Of a DNA stretch of 31,083 nt, positions 7,755 through 16,995 are shown piece after piece. The first letter of the stretch is position 1. Each line of letters opens with the position of its first letter. The position numbers and the translations under genes are program-made. The notes under the pieces are model-generated. The model saw only the letters and a program-made list of their open reading frames with translations. It did not search any database and had not been told where the DNA came from. The DNA comes from Candidatus Ratteibacteria bacterium (GTDB lineage Bacteria > Ratteibacteria > UBA8468 > B48-G9 > DTJG01): contig JBMFLH010000013.1 of NCBI GenBank assembly GCA_049971295.1, positions 1 to 31,083 of the forward strand. Direction: 5' to 3'.

Positions 7755-8843
7755 ATGACAGATATTGAAAGATTTTATGCAACAATGGAGTATAAAAAAA
7801 GAGATAGGGCAATATTCTGGGTGTGGGGCAGTTGGCCTGAGACCATTGAAAGATGGAAAAAAGAATGTCCTGACTTTGAATCAAAACTTGCTCCTTTCAC
7901 AAATCTTAATCAACGTCAGTTTTTTAATCACTGGTTTTTTCCGAATCCAGAATTTGAAAAAAAGGTGATTGAAGAAGATGCTGAACATGTCCTTTACATC
8001 AATCACGAAGGTATCTTGATAAGGGAAATGAAGAATAATCCCAAAAGTTCAATGCCTCAATTTGTAGGGTTTCCTGTTGAAACACGCGAAGATTTTAGAG
8101 AATTCTGGAAGCAAAGGATGCAGCCAGATCTTAAGAAAAGAATATGCCCTGACTGGAGAAATTTCCTGCTGGATATTCGCAGCAAACCATATCCTCTGAT
8201 TATCATTTCAGACAGATGGGGCGGCTTTTTTGGTCCACTGAGAAACCTTGTAGGAGTTGAAAAGCTCTGCATGCTTTTTTATGATGATGCTGCCTTGGTT
8301 GAAGAAATGATGGATGCCAATGCTGAGTTTATCATTTCAATGATGAGCCAGATACTTGATGTAATAAGTGTGGATGCCTTTGGCTTCTGGGAAGATATGG
8401 CATATAAAACAGGTCCATTGATTTCACCGCAACTGGTAAGAAAATTCATGCTTCCAAGATACAGGAAAGTAGTGGATTTCCTGACAAAAAGAGGCGTGAA
8501 ATACATTGGTCTTGATAGTGACGGCGATATCACCAGTCTTATTCCTGTCTGGATTGATTCAGGATTGAACTTTTTGTATCCTTTTGAAGTCCAGGCAGGT
8601 ATGGATGTTATTGAAGTAAGGAAAAAATTCGGGAAGCAACTGAAAATCTGGGGCGGTGTTGATAAAAGGGCAATAGCATCAGGAAAAGATGCCATTGACA
8701 GGGAAATACAGCGGTTGATACCATTAATAGAAGAGGGAGGTTTTATTCCACATACCGACCATAGTATTCCGCCAGATGTGCCGTTTGAAAATTATCTTTA
8801 TTATCTTGAAAAAATCTCTGAAACCTGCGAAAAAATCAGTTAA
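7755..8843 (+). CDS. Uroporphyrinogen decarboxylase (URO-D/MtaA)-fold protein, DSDG subtype
   Basis: FPVETREDF, LFYDD, FWEDMAYKTGPLISP, LDSDG, PFEVQAGMD, GGVDK, GGFIPHTDH. Confidence 0.88.
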   Translation: MTDIERFYATMEYKKRDRAIFWVWGSWPETIERWKKECPDFESKLAPFTNLNQRQFFNHWFFPNPEFEKKVIEEDAEHVLYINHEGILIREMKNNPKSSMPQFVGFPVETREDFREFWKQRMQPDLKKRICPDWRNFLLDIRSKPYPLIIISDRWGGFFGPLRNLVGVEKLCMLFYDDAALVEEMMDANAEFIISMMSQILDVISVDAFGFWEDMAYKTGPLISPQLVRKFMLPRYRKVVDFLTKRGVKYIGLDSDGDITSLIPVWIDSGLNFLYPFEVQAGMDVIEVRKKFGKQLKIWGGVDKRAIASGKDAIDREIQRLIPLIEEGGFIPHTDHSIPPDVPFENYLYYLEKISETCEKIS

Positions 8844-8886
8844 ATTTACTTAAAATTGTTGACTTCTGAGCAAATTTATTGATGTT

Positions 8887-8907
8887 TGGTGTTTTTCAGA
8901 GACACCA
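8887..8907. terminator. Possible hairpin between convergent genes
   Basis: TGGTGT...ACACCA stem with G-U extensions; no clear U-tract. Confidence 0.25.
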
Positions 8908-8953
8908 TAGCACTCTAAATATCCATGGGTAATTATGTGAAGGATATTGGGTT

Positions 8954-9487
8954 TCATCTTTTGCCCCATTTTTCATAAAATATGATTTGGTCAAGAGGTA
9001 ATCTATTTGAAGTTTCAGTAAATTCAGATGGATCTTCAGGATAACCAAGTGGAGTTAATGCCACCACATTCACCTCTTCTGGAATTTCAAGATATTTTTT
9101 TATTTCAGTATTATTAAATGAACCAATCCAGCAGGTACCAAGTCCCTCTGCTCTTGCGGCAAGCGTCAAATGGTCGACTGCAATTGCCACATCAACAATC
9201 ACACTGTAGTCACCCATCCACTCGCCCCTGTTATAATGAATGTTCTTTCCGCATGCAACGATCACAACAGGTGCGTGCGCGATGAAAGACTGATTATGAC
9301 ACAATTTCGCAAGTGTCTTTTTTCTTTCAACATCTTTAACAACAATGAACTTCCATGGTTGTCTATTGTTTCCACTTGGAGCAATCCTTGCTGCATCAAG
9401 AACTCGTGTTAATACATCTTCATCAATTTCTTTACCTAAGTATTTTCTGATACTTCTCCTGGTTTTAATCACATGATAAAATTCCAT
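8954..9487 (-). CDS. Nitroreductase family protein
   Basis: RRSIRKY, APSGNNRQPWKF, GLGTCWIG, LGYP. AAGGAGG RBS. Confidence 0.95.
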   Translation of the reverse strand: MEFYHVIKTRRSIRKYLGKEIDEDVLTRVLDAARIAPSGNNRQPWKFIVVKDVERKKTLAKLCHNQSFIAHAPVVIVACGKNIHYNRGEWMGDYSVIVDVAIAVDHLTLAARAEGLGTCWIGSFNNTEIKKYLEIPEEVNVVALTPLGYPEDPSEFTETSNRLPLDQIIFYEKWGKR

Positions 9488-9611
9488 TTTTGCCTCCTTG
9501 TTTCTATGTGATAAAGTTCGATTGGTTATATTATTTTTCCTCTCCTTTTCAATCTTAATCTTGCCCTCTGCTCAAAACTATTTATTACTTCATGACTTTT
9601 CTATCATTGCC

Positions 9612-10084
9612 TCATATTACTTCTATCCAAATTGGACCTGTGCATGCGACTTCTTTATTTTTCTGTGTGATTTTAAGATAATAAACTCACCTATACCATC
9701 GCTCATTTCAGTATGACTGCGTATCTCGCCCCAGAAAATCTGCTCCATTTCAATTCTGCTATCCATAATTTCAACTGGATTGCTGATAGCAAAAAGTTTT
9801 CCTGTATCCTGATCAAATGCCTTTGCCCTGTAAACGCCGGGCAGAAGATTGTGGAAATCAATGCAAAATCTGTATCTGGTTGTAAGATGGTTTGAAATAT
9901 CTCTGATCTCAAACTGATAGTGGTCTATATACATTACAGGTCTTTTTGCTTCAGTCAATAGCCACAGTCTCTTCTCACTACTGACAAACGGGCAAAAATA
10001 TACCATGTCACAGAATGCTTTCCCTGGGTAAAAGCTTGTATTCTTTAGTGGAAAAATTTTATCAATCCTTATTTCCTTTTCCAT
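9612..10084 (-). pseudogene. Internally deleted DUF3604/PHP-like metallohydrolase remnant
   Basis: SNP...IFWGEIRSHTEMSDGIG (start of a PHP-like domain) joins directly, in another frame, to YYLKITQKNKEVACTGPIWIEVI*, a typical C-terminal YYxRxxQ...AWxSPIW motif. Confidence 0.65.
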
Positions 10085-11027
10085 GTGCCTTACTGATTTT
10101 TTCAGCAAGAATTTTTGCTGTTTCAGATGGATGAAGGTTTGTGACATCCAGCCATTGCGCGTCCTTTTCTTTTCTGAACCATGTTAACTGCCTTCTTGCG
10201 TAGTTTCTCATTTTCCTTTTAATGAATTCGACTGTTTGCTCCCATGGTCTTTTTCCTTCAATATAATCGCACAGTTCCACATATCCAATCGGCGCCTTTT
10301 CACTCAAATCATCTTTCAGCCCTCTGTCAATAAGATTTTTTACCTCTTCAAGCCATCCGGACTCAAGCATGGCTTCTGTTCTCAAATCAAGCCGATTGTA
10401 GAGAATGTCTCTTTTCATATTCAATAGCCAGTAAAACACTTCTGCGCGCTCAATAAAATTTGCAGGTTTTGCCCTGGATTGCCACTGGCTCATTGGAATT
10501 CCTGTGATCAACCATACCTCGAGAGCTCTGGTAATTCTCACTCTGTCATTTGGATGTATTTTTTCTGCAACCACCGGATCAATGTTTTTTAGTTTTTCAT
10601 ACAACTGTTGTGTTTTTTGCGCAATTAATTGTTTCCTGATAGCCGTTTGAAGCGATTTTTTTTCCTGTGGAAAATCAAAGATGCCCTTCAGTATCGCTCT
10701 GATATAAAGGCCACTACCCCCAACGATTATTGCGGACTTTTTCTTTGCCCATATCTGTGGGACAAGTGATTCAAGGTATTGCCTGAAATCAAAAACACTG
10801 AAATTATCTTTTAATGAAAGAAAACTGTAAAGATGATGTGGGGTTTGGTTGAAAACAGAAACCGGTGGTTTTGCTGTTCCAATATCGATTTCTCTATAAA
10901 ACTGTCTGGAATCAGCATTGATAATTTCAGATGGTATAATTTTACTTAATTCCAGGGCAACCTGGGATTTACCAGTTCCTGTTGGACCAGCAATAATCAG
11001 GAGAAGATTTTCAGGATTTTTCTTCAT
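10062..11027 (-). CDS. miaA: tRNA dimethylallyltransferase
   Basis: GPTGTGKS, NADSRQ, IGTAKP, HHL, VGGSGLY, HPND-R-RALEV, IGY, RQLTWFR. Start placed at ATG 11027, overlapping the end of thyA. Confidence 0.97.
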   Translation of the reverse strand: MKKNPENLLLIIAGPTGTGKSQVALELSKIIPSEIINADSRQFYREIDIGTAKPPVSVFNQTPHHLYSFLSLKDNFSVFDFRQYLESLVPQIWAKKKSAIIVGGSGLYIRAILKGIFDFPQEKKSLQTAIRKQLIAQKTQQLYEKLKNIDPVVAEKIHPNDRVRITRALEVWLITGIPMSQWQSRAKPANFIERAEVFYWLLNMKRDILYNRLDLRTEAMLESGWLEEVKNLIDRGLKDDLSEKAPIGYVELCDYIEGKRPWEQTVEFIKRKMRNYARRQLTWFRKEKDAQWLDVTNLHPSETAKILAEKISKAHGKGNKD

Positions 11028-11850
11028 TCTCCAGAAGTTGCCTTCCGTATTCAAAACCAGCAATCACAGCTGGGTCATCGCTTCTCATGGTTCTGCTTTT
11101 GAGCCGGTCCTGATTATAAAAATCTCTTGTATCCATCATTTTAAGAAATCTATCTTTAAAATCAGCAAAATTTGAACCATAAATGTGATACGAATCAGTA
11201 ATGTCAATATACGGACCGACAAGAATTTCTTTTCCTGTTCTTTGTGAAATTTCATCTGCGATGTATTTTTGCAACTCTGTCAGCCCAAAGAGATTCATAT
11301 AGGCAGCTCTGTAAGCATCCCGTGAACGCCAGTGAGTATTCATTCTGAGATAATTTTTATTATCCTCTGTAATGACTCTGCACCATATTCTCTGCAGGCA
11401 CGGTGGGTCGTCTGTTTCAGGGTCATAAGATGGAACCCATGTAATTGCCTGGGCTCGCCTTGTATAAAAAACCTGAGAAAGTTTGTTAATAATATATTCA
11501 ACCTGATTTACAGTTCTATTTTCGCCAGCAGGATAATTGAACAATCTTTGATGATATGTATAGGTCCATTTACCTTCTTCTGGTTTGATCCAGTGGTCGT
11601 GTACGCCATAGACAACTTCCTGCCGGTATTTTTCAAGGTCTTCAATGCCGCCTGGAAAGCCAAGATGTATTCTTGGCTCTGAAAAAGGTTCATTCACAAC
11701 CATTACCATTGTTGCATCCCTGCTATATGGGTCTTGTGGCTGATCGTATTCTGTTTTGAACTGAGCGCCCTTTTCCCATAGCAGAAGCACGCTTTTTTCC
11801 CATGCTTCAGCAATTGATTTCCCTTCGACTACAAGTATCTTTGCAGCCAT
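11011..11850 (-). CDS. thyA: Thymidylate synthase, archaeal-type
   Basis: YTYHQRL, TRRAQAITW, DPPCLQ (catalytic Cys), RSRD, MN (dUMP-specifying Asn), SYHIY. GGAGGTGG RBS. Confidence 0.85.
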   Translation of the reverse strand: MAAKILVVEGKSIAEAWEKSVLLLWEKGAQFKTEYDQPQDPYSRDATMVMVVNEPFSEPRIHLGFPGGIEDLEKYRQEVVYGVHDHWIKPEEGKWTYTYHQRLFNYPAGENRTVNQVEYIINKLSQVFYTRRAQAITWVPSYDPETDDPPCLQRIWCRVITEDNKNYLRMNTHWRSRDAYRAAYMNLFGLTELQKYIADEISQRTGKEILVGPYIDITDSYHIYGSNFADFKDRFLKMMDTRDFYNQDRLKSRTMRSDDPAVIAGFEYGRQLLENEEKS

Positions 11851-11873
11851 CTCCACCTCCGATAATTCTTATG

Positions 11874-11993
11874 TTATTGCTTTTCAGCAATTTTCTCTAC
11901 GGCAAGCACAAACCGATAAAAAAGAATAAGAAAGGCAATAGATATTCCAAGATATATAAGCATCATTAATGCTCCTACAACTCCTGCAAACAT
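11874..11993 (-). CDS. Small single-pass membrane protein, 39 aa (MFAGVVGALMMLIYLGISIAFLILFYRFVLAVEKIAEKQ)
   Basis: AGGAGG RBS, ATG 11993, TAA 11874, long hydrophobic segment plus amphipathic tail. Extended -10 TGGTAAAAT at about 12030-12038. Not in the ORF track. Confidence 0.75.
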   Translation of the reverse strand: MFAGVVGALMMLIYLGISIAFLILFYRFVLAVEKIAEKQ

Positions 11994-12125
11994 AGTCCCT
12001 CCTGGTTGAAAGGATTAAATGGCAGACATATTTTACCATATCCAGAAAAACCAGAAATAGAAAACCTGGACCATTGGGAAATAGGACTTAACAAAACGCT
12101 CAAGGATGTATGTTAATATATTGTT

Positions 12126-12960
12126 ATGAAACGGTCTATCTTGTTGCTAACATTATTTTTACAGTTTTTGCCTTACACCTGAAATTGAAGAAAGTTCCCG
12201 ATGAAAAAACTATCAGCAATTTTGCTTCTTTCATTGGACGATCGTTTGAGGTAATGAACAAAATCGCACCTGAATGCCAGTTTACACTATTGTCAGGAGA
12301 AAAAATCAATCTGTCAGATATTGTGGGAAAAAATGTATTGTGATCAACTTTTTTGCTACATGGTGTGAGCCCTGCAAAAGAGAAATACCGTCATTGAACA
12401 AATTTTACGAAAAATTTTCTACGGAGAATCTTTTTATGGTTGGTGTATCTTCAGAAAAAATGGCAGAGATTGAAAAATTTCTGGAAGAAAACAAAATCAA
12501 TTTTAATGTCGCCATTGATGATGGCGAAATAGAAAAAAAATTTGCCATTGAAGTATATCCCGCAACTGTGGTGATTGATGGTGATGGTAAAATCGTGTCT
12601 TATATTACAGGAGCTATTTACAATCCGGATGCAACATTAGAACCAGCAGTGAAAACCGCAGTTGCCACGATACAATCTGGAAAAGGCATCTCGAAAGAAG
12701 AGTTTCTCAAGCAGAGTAAAATTCAGTCCCCATACGGCTTGAAATACAAGGAGGAAAAAAGAGAATTGACTGAACAAGAAAAAAGAATTGCAAAACAAAT
12801 TTACTGTCCCCGTGGCTGTGGTAAAAACCTCATTGAATGCGATTGTTCAATGTGCAGAGAAGCCATAGAGGAAATGAAAGAAGAAATAAAAAAAGGCACA
12901 TCAGAAAAAGAAATTGTCAAAAAAATCAATACTCGTTATTGTTCAGTGAAAGATGATTGA
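12126..12960 (+). pseudogene. Frameshifted TlpA/ResA-like thiol-disulfide oxidoreductase with C-terminal CcmH-like Cys-rich domain
   Basis: APECQFTLLSGEKINLSDIVGK (one frame) continues as KCIVINFFATWCEPC (other frame) across GGGAAAAAA at 12325-12333. A second shift is likely at the T5 run 12156-12160 after MKRSILLLTLF. C-terminal CPRGCGKNLIECDCSMC...GTSEKEI...RY. Confidence 0.75.
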
Positions 12961-13885
12961 AGCAAGAAATGTCTATGTTAGCTACAACAGGACTTTCAGA
13001 CGCCGTTTTACAGCACTCAGTGATTTCAATCTGACTGTAAAAGAGGGTGATATTTTTGGACTTCTCGGCCCAAATGGTGCAGGAAAATCAACGGCAATAT
13101 ATACCTTACTCGGGCTGCTCAAACCCGACAGTGGTACTGTCAGGATAATGGGAGAACATCTTTTTCCGGGTAGCAGCTTGTTTCAATTCATTTCATACCT
13201 TCCAGAAGAAGCTCATTATCATCTTTATCTTACTGTTGAAGAAGCAATTAACTACTATGCTGAACTCTACGGCTATCATCCATCCTCAAAACAGATAAAA
13301 CAACTTCTTGAAAGTTTTGGTCTTGATGAATTCAGACGATTGAAATTAAGTCATTGTTCAAAAGGAATAAAACAGAAAGTTGGGCTCGTCCAGATTTTTT
13401 TGAACGAGAATGCAAGGATTATGTTTCTTGATGAATCAACAAGAGGACTTGATCCATTGACAACTATCCAATTCAGGGACATGCTTCTGGGTAAAAACAA
13501 AAATGGCGTGACAATCTTTTTGAATTCTTATATTCTTTCTGAGGTTGAAATGATATGTAACAGAGTTGCCATTATGGATCGGGGACATGTTATTGTTGAG
13601 GATGAGTTGAAATCGTTATTGAGTGGCAAACAAAATCAGTATGAGGTTGAATTTGAACCGTGCACAGACATCCCCGGATGGGTTTCTGTCACGACAAAAA
13701 CCGATTCTTCTGTAAAGGGATTGGTTATTAGCGAGCGACTGTATGACTTTTTTGATTTTCTTAAACAAAGAAAGCTCAAACTGTATCTATGCGCATTAAA
13801 GAAAACCACACTGGAACATGTTTTTACCAGTATCGTAAAAGGCACATTAAATGAAAAGAAAACTCCTTACCAACATCAAAACTAA
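12953..13885 (+). CDS. ABC transporter ATP-binding protein (ABC-2/DrrA-like) with degenerate motifs
   Basis: Walker A GPNGAGKS, signature CSKGIKQ, Walker B MFLDESTRGLD; H-loop reads NSYIL. Confidence 0.9.
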   Translation: MIEARNVYVSYNRTFRRRFTALSDFNLTVKEGDIFGLLGPNGAGKSTAIYTLLGLLKPDSGTVRIMGEHLFPGSSLFQFISYLPEEAHYHLYLTVEEAINYYAELYGYHPSSKQIKQLLESFGLDEFRRLKLSHCSKGIKQKVGLVQIFLNENARIMFLDESTRGLDPLTTIQFRDMLLGKNKNGVTIFLNSYILSEVEMICNRVAIMDRGHVIVEDELKSLLSGKQNQYEVEFEPCTDIPGWVSVTTKTDSSVKGLVISERLYDFFDFLKQRKLKLYLCALKKTTLEHVFTSIVKGTLNEKKTPYQHQN

Positions 13886-14672
13886 TCTGCTCTTTTTTTC
13901 AAGGAATGGATGGTTGATTGGCATTGTTGCTATACTGGTTTTGCATGCCATTTTGAGTTTCATATTTGGTGGACTGATTCCATTGTATCATACCAATCGA
14001 TTTGAAAATCTTCAGGATCTTGTTGCCTCGTTCAACAACTATGGATTTATACTTGTTGTAGCGCTTGGCATTGTGACAATATTCAGCCACAGGGCCCAAC
14101 GTTGTTTGAAAATGGTTTTTACAAAACCATGTTCACCTGATCTGTGGATTTTTTCCCTTTTTCTCAGTATTGCCATTGTTGCCATTTTAATATTCTTCCT
14201 GTCTTTTTTCACTGGTTCCCTGCTGTTTGTGATCTGGAAAATCCCATATCAGCCAGGCCTGATTTTCGTCTGTGTAAAAGAATGTTGCGAAGCAATGATT
14301 ATGTCATTCTTTCTTCTGTTGCTCGGTTTGATTGTGCATCCTCTAATTGCAGTTTTCATTATCACTATATTAAACGAGACATCTTTATATTACATTTGTC
14401 TTGCAGTGAGAGCTGCGTTGGAAAGCACTTCTACTTTTTCTTTCTGGCATGCCTTCTGGCTGAATATTGCAAAAAGTGTTAGCGAGATATTCTACAGAAT
14501 TGTACCGATCATCAACCCGTATGCGGAAAAATTTAATGAGGTGATGAGAAGCTGGCTTGTTTTATCTGAGGATTGGGCGCATTTAACCGTGTATGTTCTT
14601 TATACTTTGATTGTTTCCTGTTTGATGGCGATTCTTTCAACTGAAGTACTGAAAAGAAAAAGATTGATTTGA
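13851..14672 (+). CDS. ABC-2 type transporter permease
   Basis: About 6 hydrophobic segments, LKMVFTKP motif, overlaps the ATPase gene. Confidence 0.8.
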   Translation: MKRKLLTNIKTNLLFFSRNGWLIGIVAILVLHAILSFIFGGLIPLYHTNRFENLQDLVASFNNYGFILVVALGIVTIFSHRAQRCLKMVFTKPCSPDLWIFSLFLSIAIVAILIFFLSFFTGSLLFVIWKIPYQPGLIFVCVKECCEAMIMSFFLLLLGLIVHPLIAVFIITILNETSLYYICLAVRAALESTSTFSFWHAFWLNIAKSVSEIFYRIVPIINPYAEKFNEVMRSWLVLSEDWAHLTVYVLYTLIVSCLMAILSTEVLKRKRLI

Positions 14673-14674
14673 AC

Positions 14675-16378
14675 CTATTTGTTTCTTTTTACTGGTATCT
14701 TTTTCCAATCGTAACAATTCACTAACCCGCTTTTTTCCAACCATGCTCTTCTTGCAACCGCAACGCCAAGAGGCATATATTCCATCATTTTTGTGTTATG
14801 GGCATCAGTGCCAATCGCAATCATCACATTTTTTTCCTTTGCTTTCATCGCGTTGACATCATTAAGATCAAGCCTGTCATAATAGGCGTTAATTTCAAGT
14901 GCTGTGCCTGTTTTTGCTGCGTATTCAATCACCTTGTCTATGTTAACTTCATATCCTTCTCTGCTTGATATCAATCTGCCAGTGGGATGTCCAATAATGT
15001 CAACATATCTATTTTCCATTGCCTTTATCATTCTTTCAGTAACATTTTTTTTAAATCCCTGGTGAATTGACCCAATAACAAAATCCAGTTCAGCAAGTAC
15101 TTCATCTGGATAATCCAGAGTTCCATCACCAAGGATGTCAACTTCAGCCCCCTTAAAAATTTTTATCTGAGGGTATTTTCTTGCAATTCTTTCAATTTCC
15201 CTGTTTCTTTCTCTTAATCGTTCAATGGGTAACCCCCCGGCAAACTTACTTGTCTGGGAATGGTCACAGAGTCCGATAAAATGATAGCCCATTTCAATGG
15301 CTTTTTTTACGATTTCTTCTATGGTACTGATTCCATCAGAATAATTTGTGTGGATGTGAAAATCTCCTCTAATATCAGCATATTCAACAAGGTGTGGAAG
15401 TTTTCCTGCAATGGCTGCTTCTATCTCTCCCCTGTCTTCCCTCAATTCTGGTGGAATAAGCGGCATCCCGAAGATTTTGTAAATTTCTTCTTCTGTCTTT
15501 CCCGCAATCCGATATTCCCCTTTGAACACACCATATTCACTGATTTTCAATCCCTTCTCTTTTGCGATCGTCCGCAGTTTGATATTGTGTTCCTTAGAAC
15601 CAGTGAAATACTGGAGAGCGGCACCATAAGATTCTGGTTCGACGACCCTGAGGTCCATCTGAAGCATATGGTCTTTTATAATAATTGACGCTTTTGTTTC
15701 TCCTTCTGCAATAATTGACTGAACACCTGGATAACTGACAAATCTTTTTACCACCCTGTTTTTATGATCTGCTGTGCACAGTATATCAATATCACCGATG
15801 GTTTCTTTCATTCTTCTTAAAGAACCGCACGGAGAAATATCTTTGCACACCTGTTTCATGTATTTGACGATTTCATCCACGACAGGCAGCGCAATACCAA
15901 GAGAAATCCTCTGGTGCGTCCTTTTTGTCAGATACAATTGTATTCCATTTTTAATATTTTGTATCTTTTTTTCACCCAAACCCGGTAGATTGATTGCTTC
16001 CTGTCTTTCAAGAACATTTTTCAAATCTTCAATCGTTTGAATCTTAAAGTGGTCATAAAGAAGTTTTAAGGTCTTTGGTCCAAGATTCGGGATTTTCATC
16101 ATTTCGACAAATGTAGAAGGAACCCTGGAAAGAAGTTCCCTGTACTTTGAGATGGAACCTGTCTTGAGGTATTCCTCTATATGTTCGGCTATGTTTTTTC
16201 CTATGCCTGGAATTTTCGATAATTGCCCGCTCTGATATAATTGTTCTATATCTTCAGGGATTTCCCTGATTCTTCTTGCCACTTTTCTATACGCATTGAT
16301 TTTAAAAACATTATCCCCTTCAAATTCAAGAACATCTGCAATCCCATCTAAAACATCAGCAATTTCATTGTTTCTCAT
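14675..16378 (-). CDS. polX: DNA polymerase X / PHP 3'-5' exonuclease
   Basis: FKINAYRK, HhH IPGIG, GSLRR, GDIDIL, YFTGSKEHN, PPELRE. PHP motifs HIHT-SDG, DHS, HPTGR, TDAH are all intact. Confidence 0.96.
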   Translation of the reverse strand: MRNNEIADVLDGIADVLEFEGDNVFKINAYRKVARRIREIPEDIEQLYQSGQLSKIPGIGKNIAEHIEEYLKTGSISKYRELLSRVPSTFVEMMKIPNLGPKTLKLLYDHFKIQTIEDLKNVLERQEAINLPGLGEKKIQNIKNGIQLYLTKRTHQRISLGIALPVVDEIVKYMKQVCKDISPCGSLRRMKETIGDIDILCTADHKNRVVKRFVSYPGVQSIIAEGETKASIIIKDHMLQMDLRVVEPESYGAALQYFTGSKEHNIKLRTIAKEKGLKISEYGVFKGEYRIAGKTEEEIYKIFGMPLIPPELREDRGEIEAAIAGKLPHLVEYADIRGDFHIHTNYSDGISTIEEIVKKAIEMGYHFIGLCDHSQTSKFAGGLPIERLRERNREIERIARKYPQIKIFKGAEVDILGDGTLDYPDEVLAELDFVIGSIHQGFKKNVTERMIKAMENRYVDIIGHPTGRLISSREGYEVNIDKVIEYAAKTGTALEINAYYDRLDLNDVNAMKAKEKNVMIAIGTDAHNTKMMEYMPLGVAVARRAWLEKSGLVNCYDWKKIPVKRNK

Positions 16379-16968
16379 CACTTTCCCACTGGCATCATAT
16401 AAACAACATTGCCTTTTACCCCGAGCACTTTCATTACCTCGTCATCATCAAATGCACCTATCATACATGTTCCCAGCCCCATACCTTCAACCTGAAGAGA
16501 AACATTCTGTCCGATATGGCCTGCGTCAAGAAACACATATCTTTCTCCACGTTTACCATAGAACACTGTGGTACGAGCAAATTGAGCCACAAGCACAATC
16601 GTGATAGGCGCATTTGCTATGAACTTCTGGTCATATGCAGCGGCAGCAAGTGCTTCTCTTAAATCCCCCTGTTTCACAGGTATTAAAGCATGTCTTTCAC
16701 AATCATAAAGATAAAGTCCTGGCTCAATATCTTCAGCAAGTCCAACCACAAGATAGATATCAAAGGGATACGTGGCTCCTGCTGATGGAACAGTTTTCTT
16801 ACCATAGGCATTTTTTCCATATGCTGCCCATAAAAGTTGAGAAATTTCATTCAGATTCAGTGGAACTTTTTTGAAAGACCTGATTGAACGTCTTTTGTAC
16901 AATGTCTCTTCAATAGAGACAGTACCCTTTAATATTGGAGATGGAAGATGAATGACTTTCTTTTCCAT
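16378..16968 (-). CDS. SagB/ThcOx family dehydrogenase (nitroreductase fold)
   Basis: RRSIRSF, SQLLWAAYG, PSAGATYP, YGKRGERYVFLDAGHIGQN, GAFDD. Confidence 0.93.
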   Translation of the reverse strand: MEKKVIHLPSPILKGTVSIEETLYKRRSIRSFKKVPLNLNEISQLLWAAYGKNAYGKKTVPSAGATYPFDIYLVVGLAEDIEPGLYLYDCERHALIPVKQGDLREALAAAAYDQKFIANAPITIVLVAQFARTTVFYGKRGERYVFLDAGHIGQNVSLQVEGMGLGTCMIGAFDDDEVMKVLGVKGNVVYMMPVGK

Positions 16969-16995
16969 ATAATGATTTTATACCCGATGGGTGTA

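Noticed and set aside
12126..12345. TGA recoding (selenocysteine or alternative genetic code)
   Set aside because: The interruptions are frame changes, the redoxin has a normal CxxC, and TGA ends many intact genes in the window.
11011..16378. TS homologue plus PolX as a phage or DNA-hypermodification island
   Set aside because: No phage, integrase, kinase or glycosyltransferase genes are present, and both genes sit among housekeeping genes.
16378..16968. SagB-like gene as evidence of a RiPP (azole) cluster
   Set aside because: No YcaO, precursor peptide or E1-like gene is nearby, and stand-alone SagB-like nitroreductases are common.
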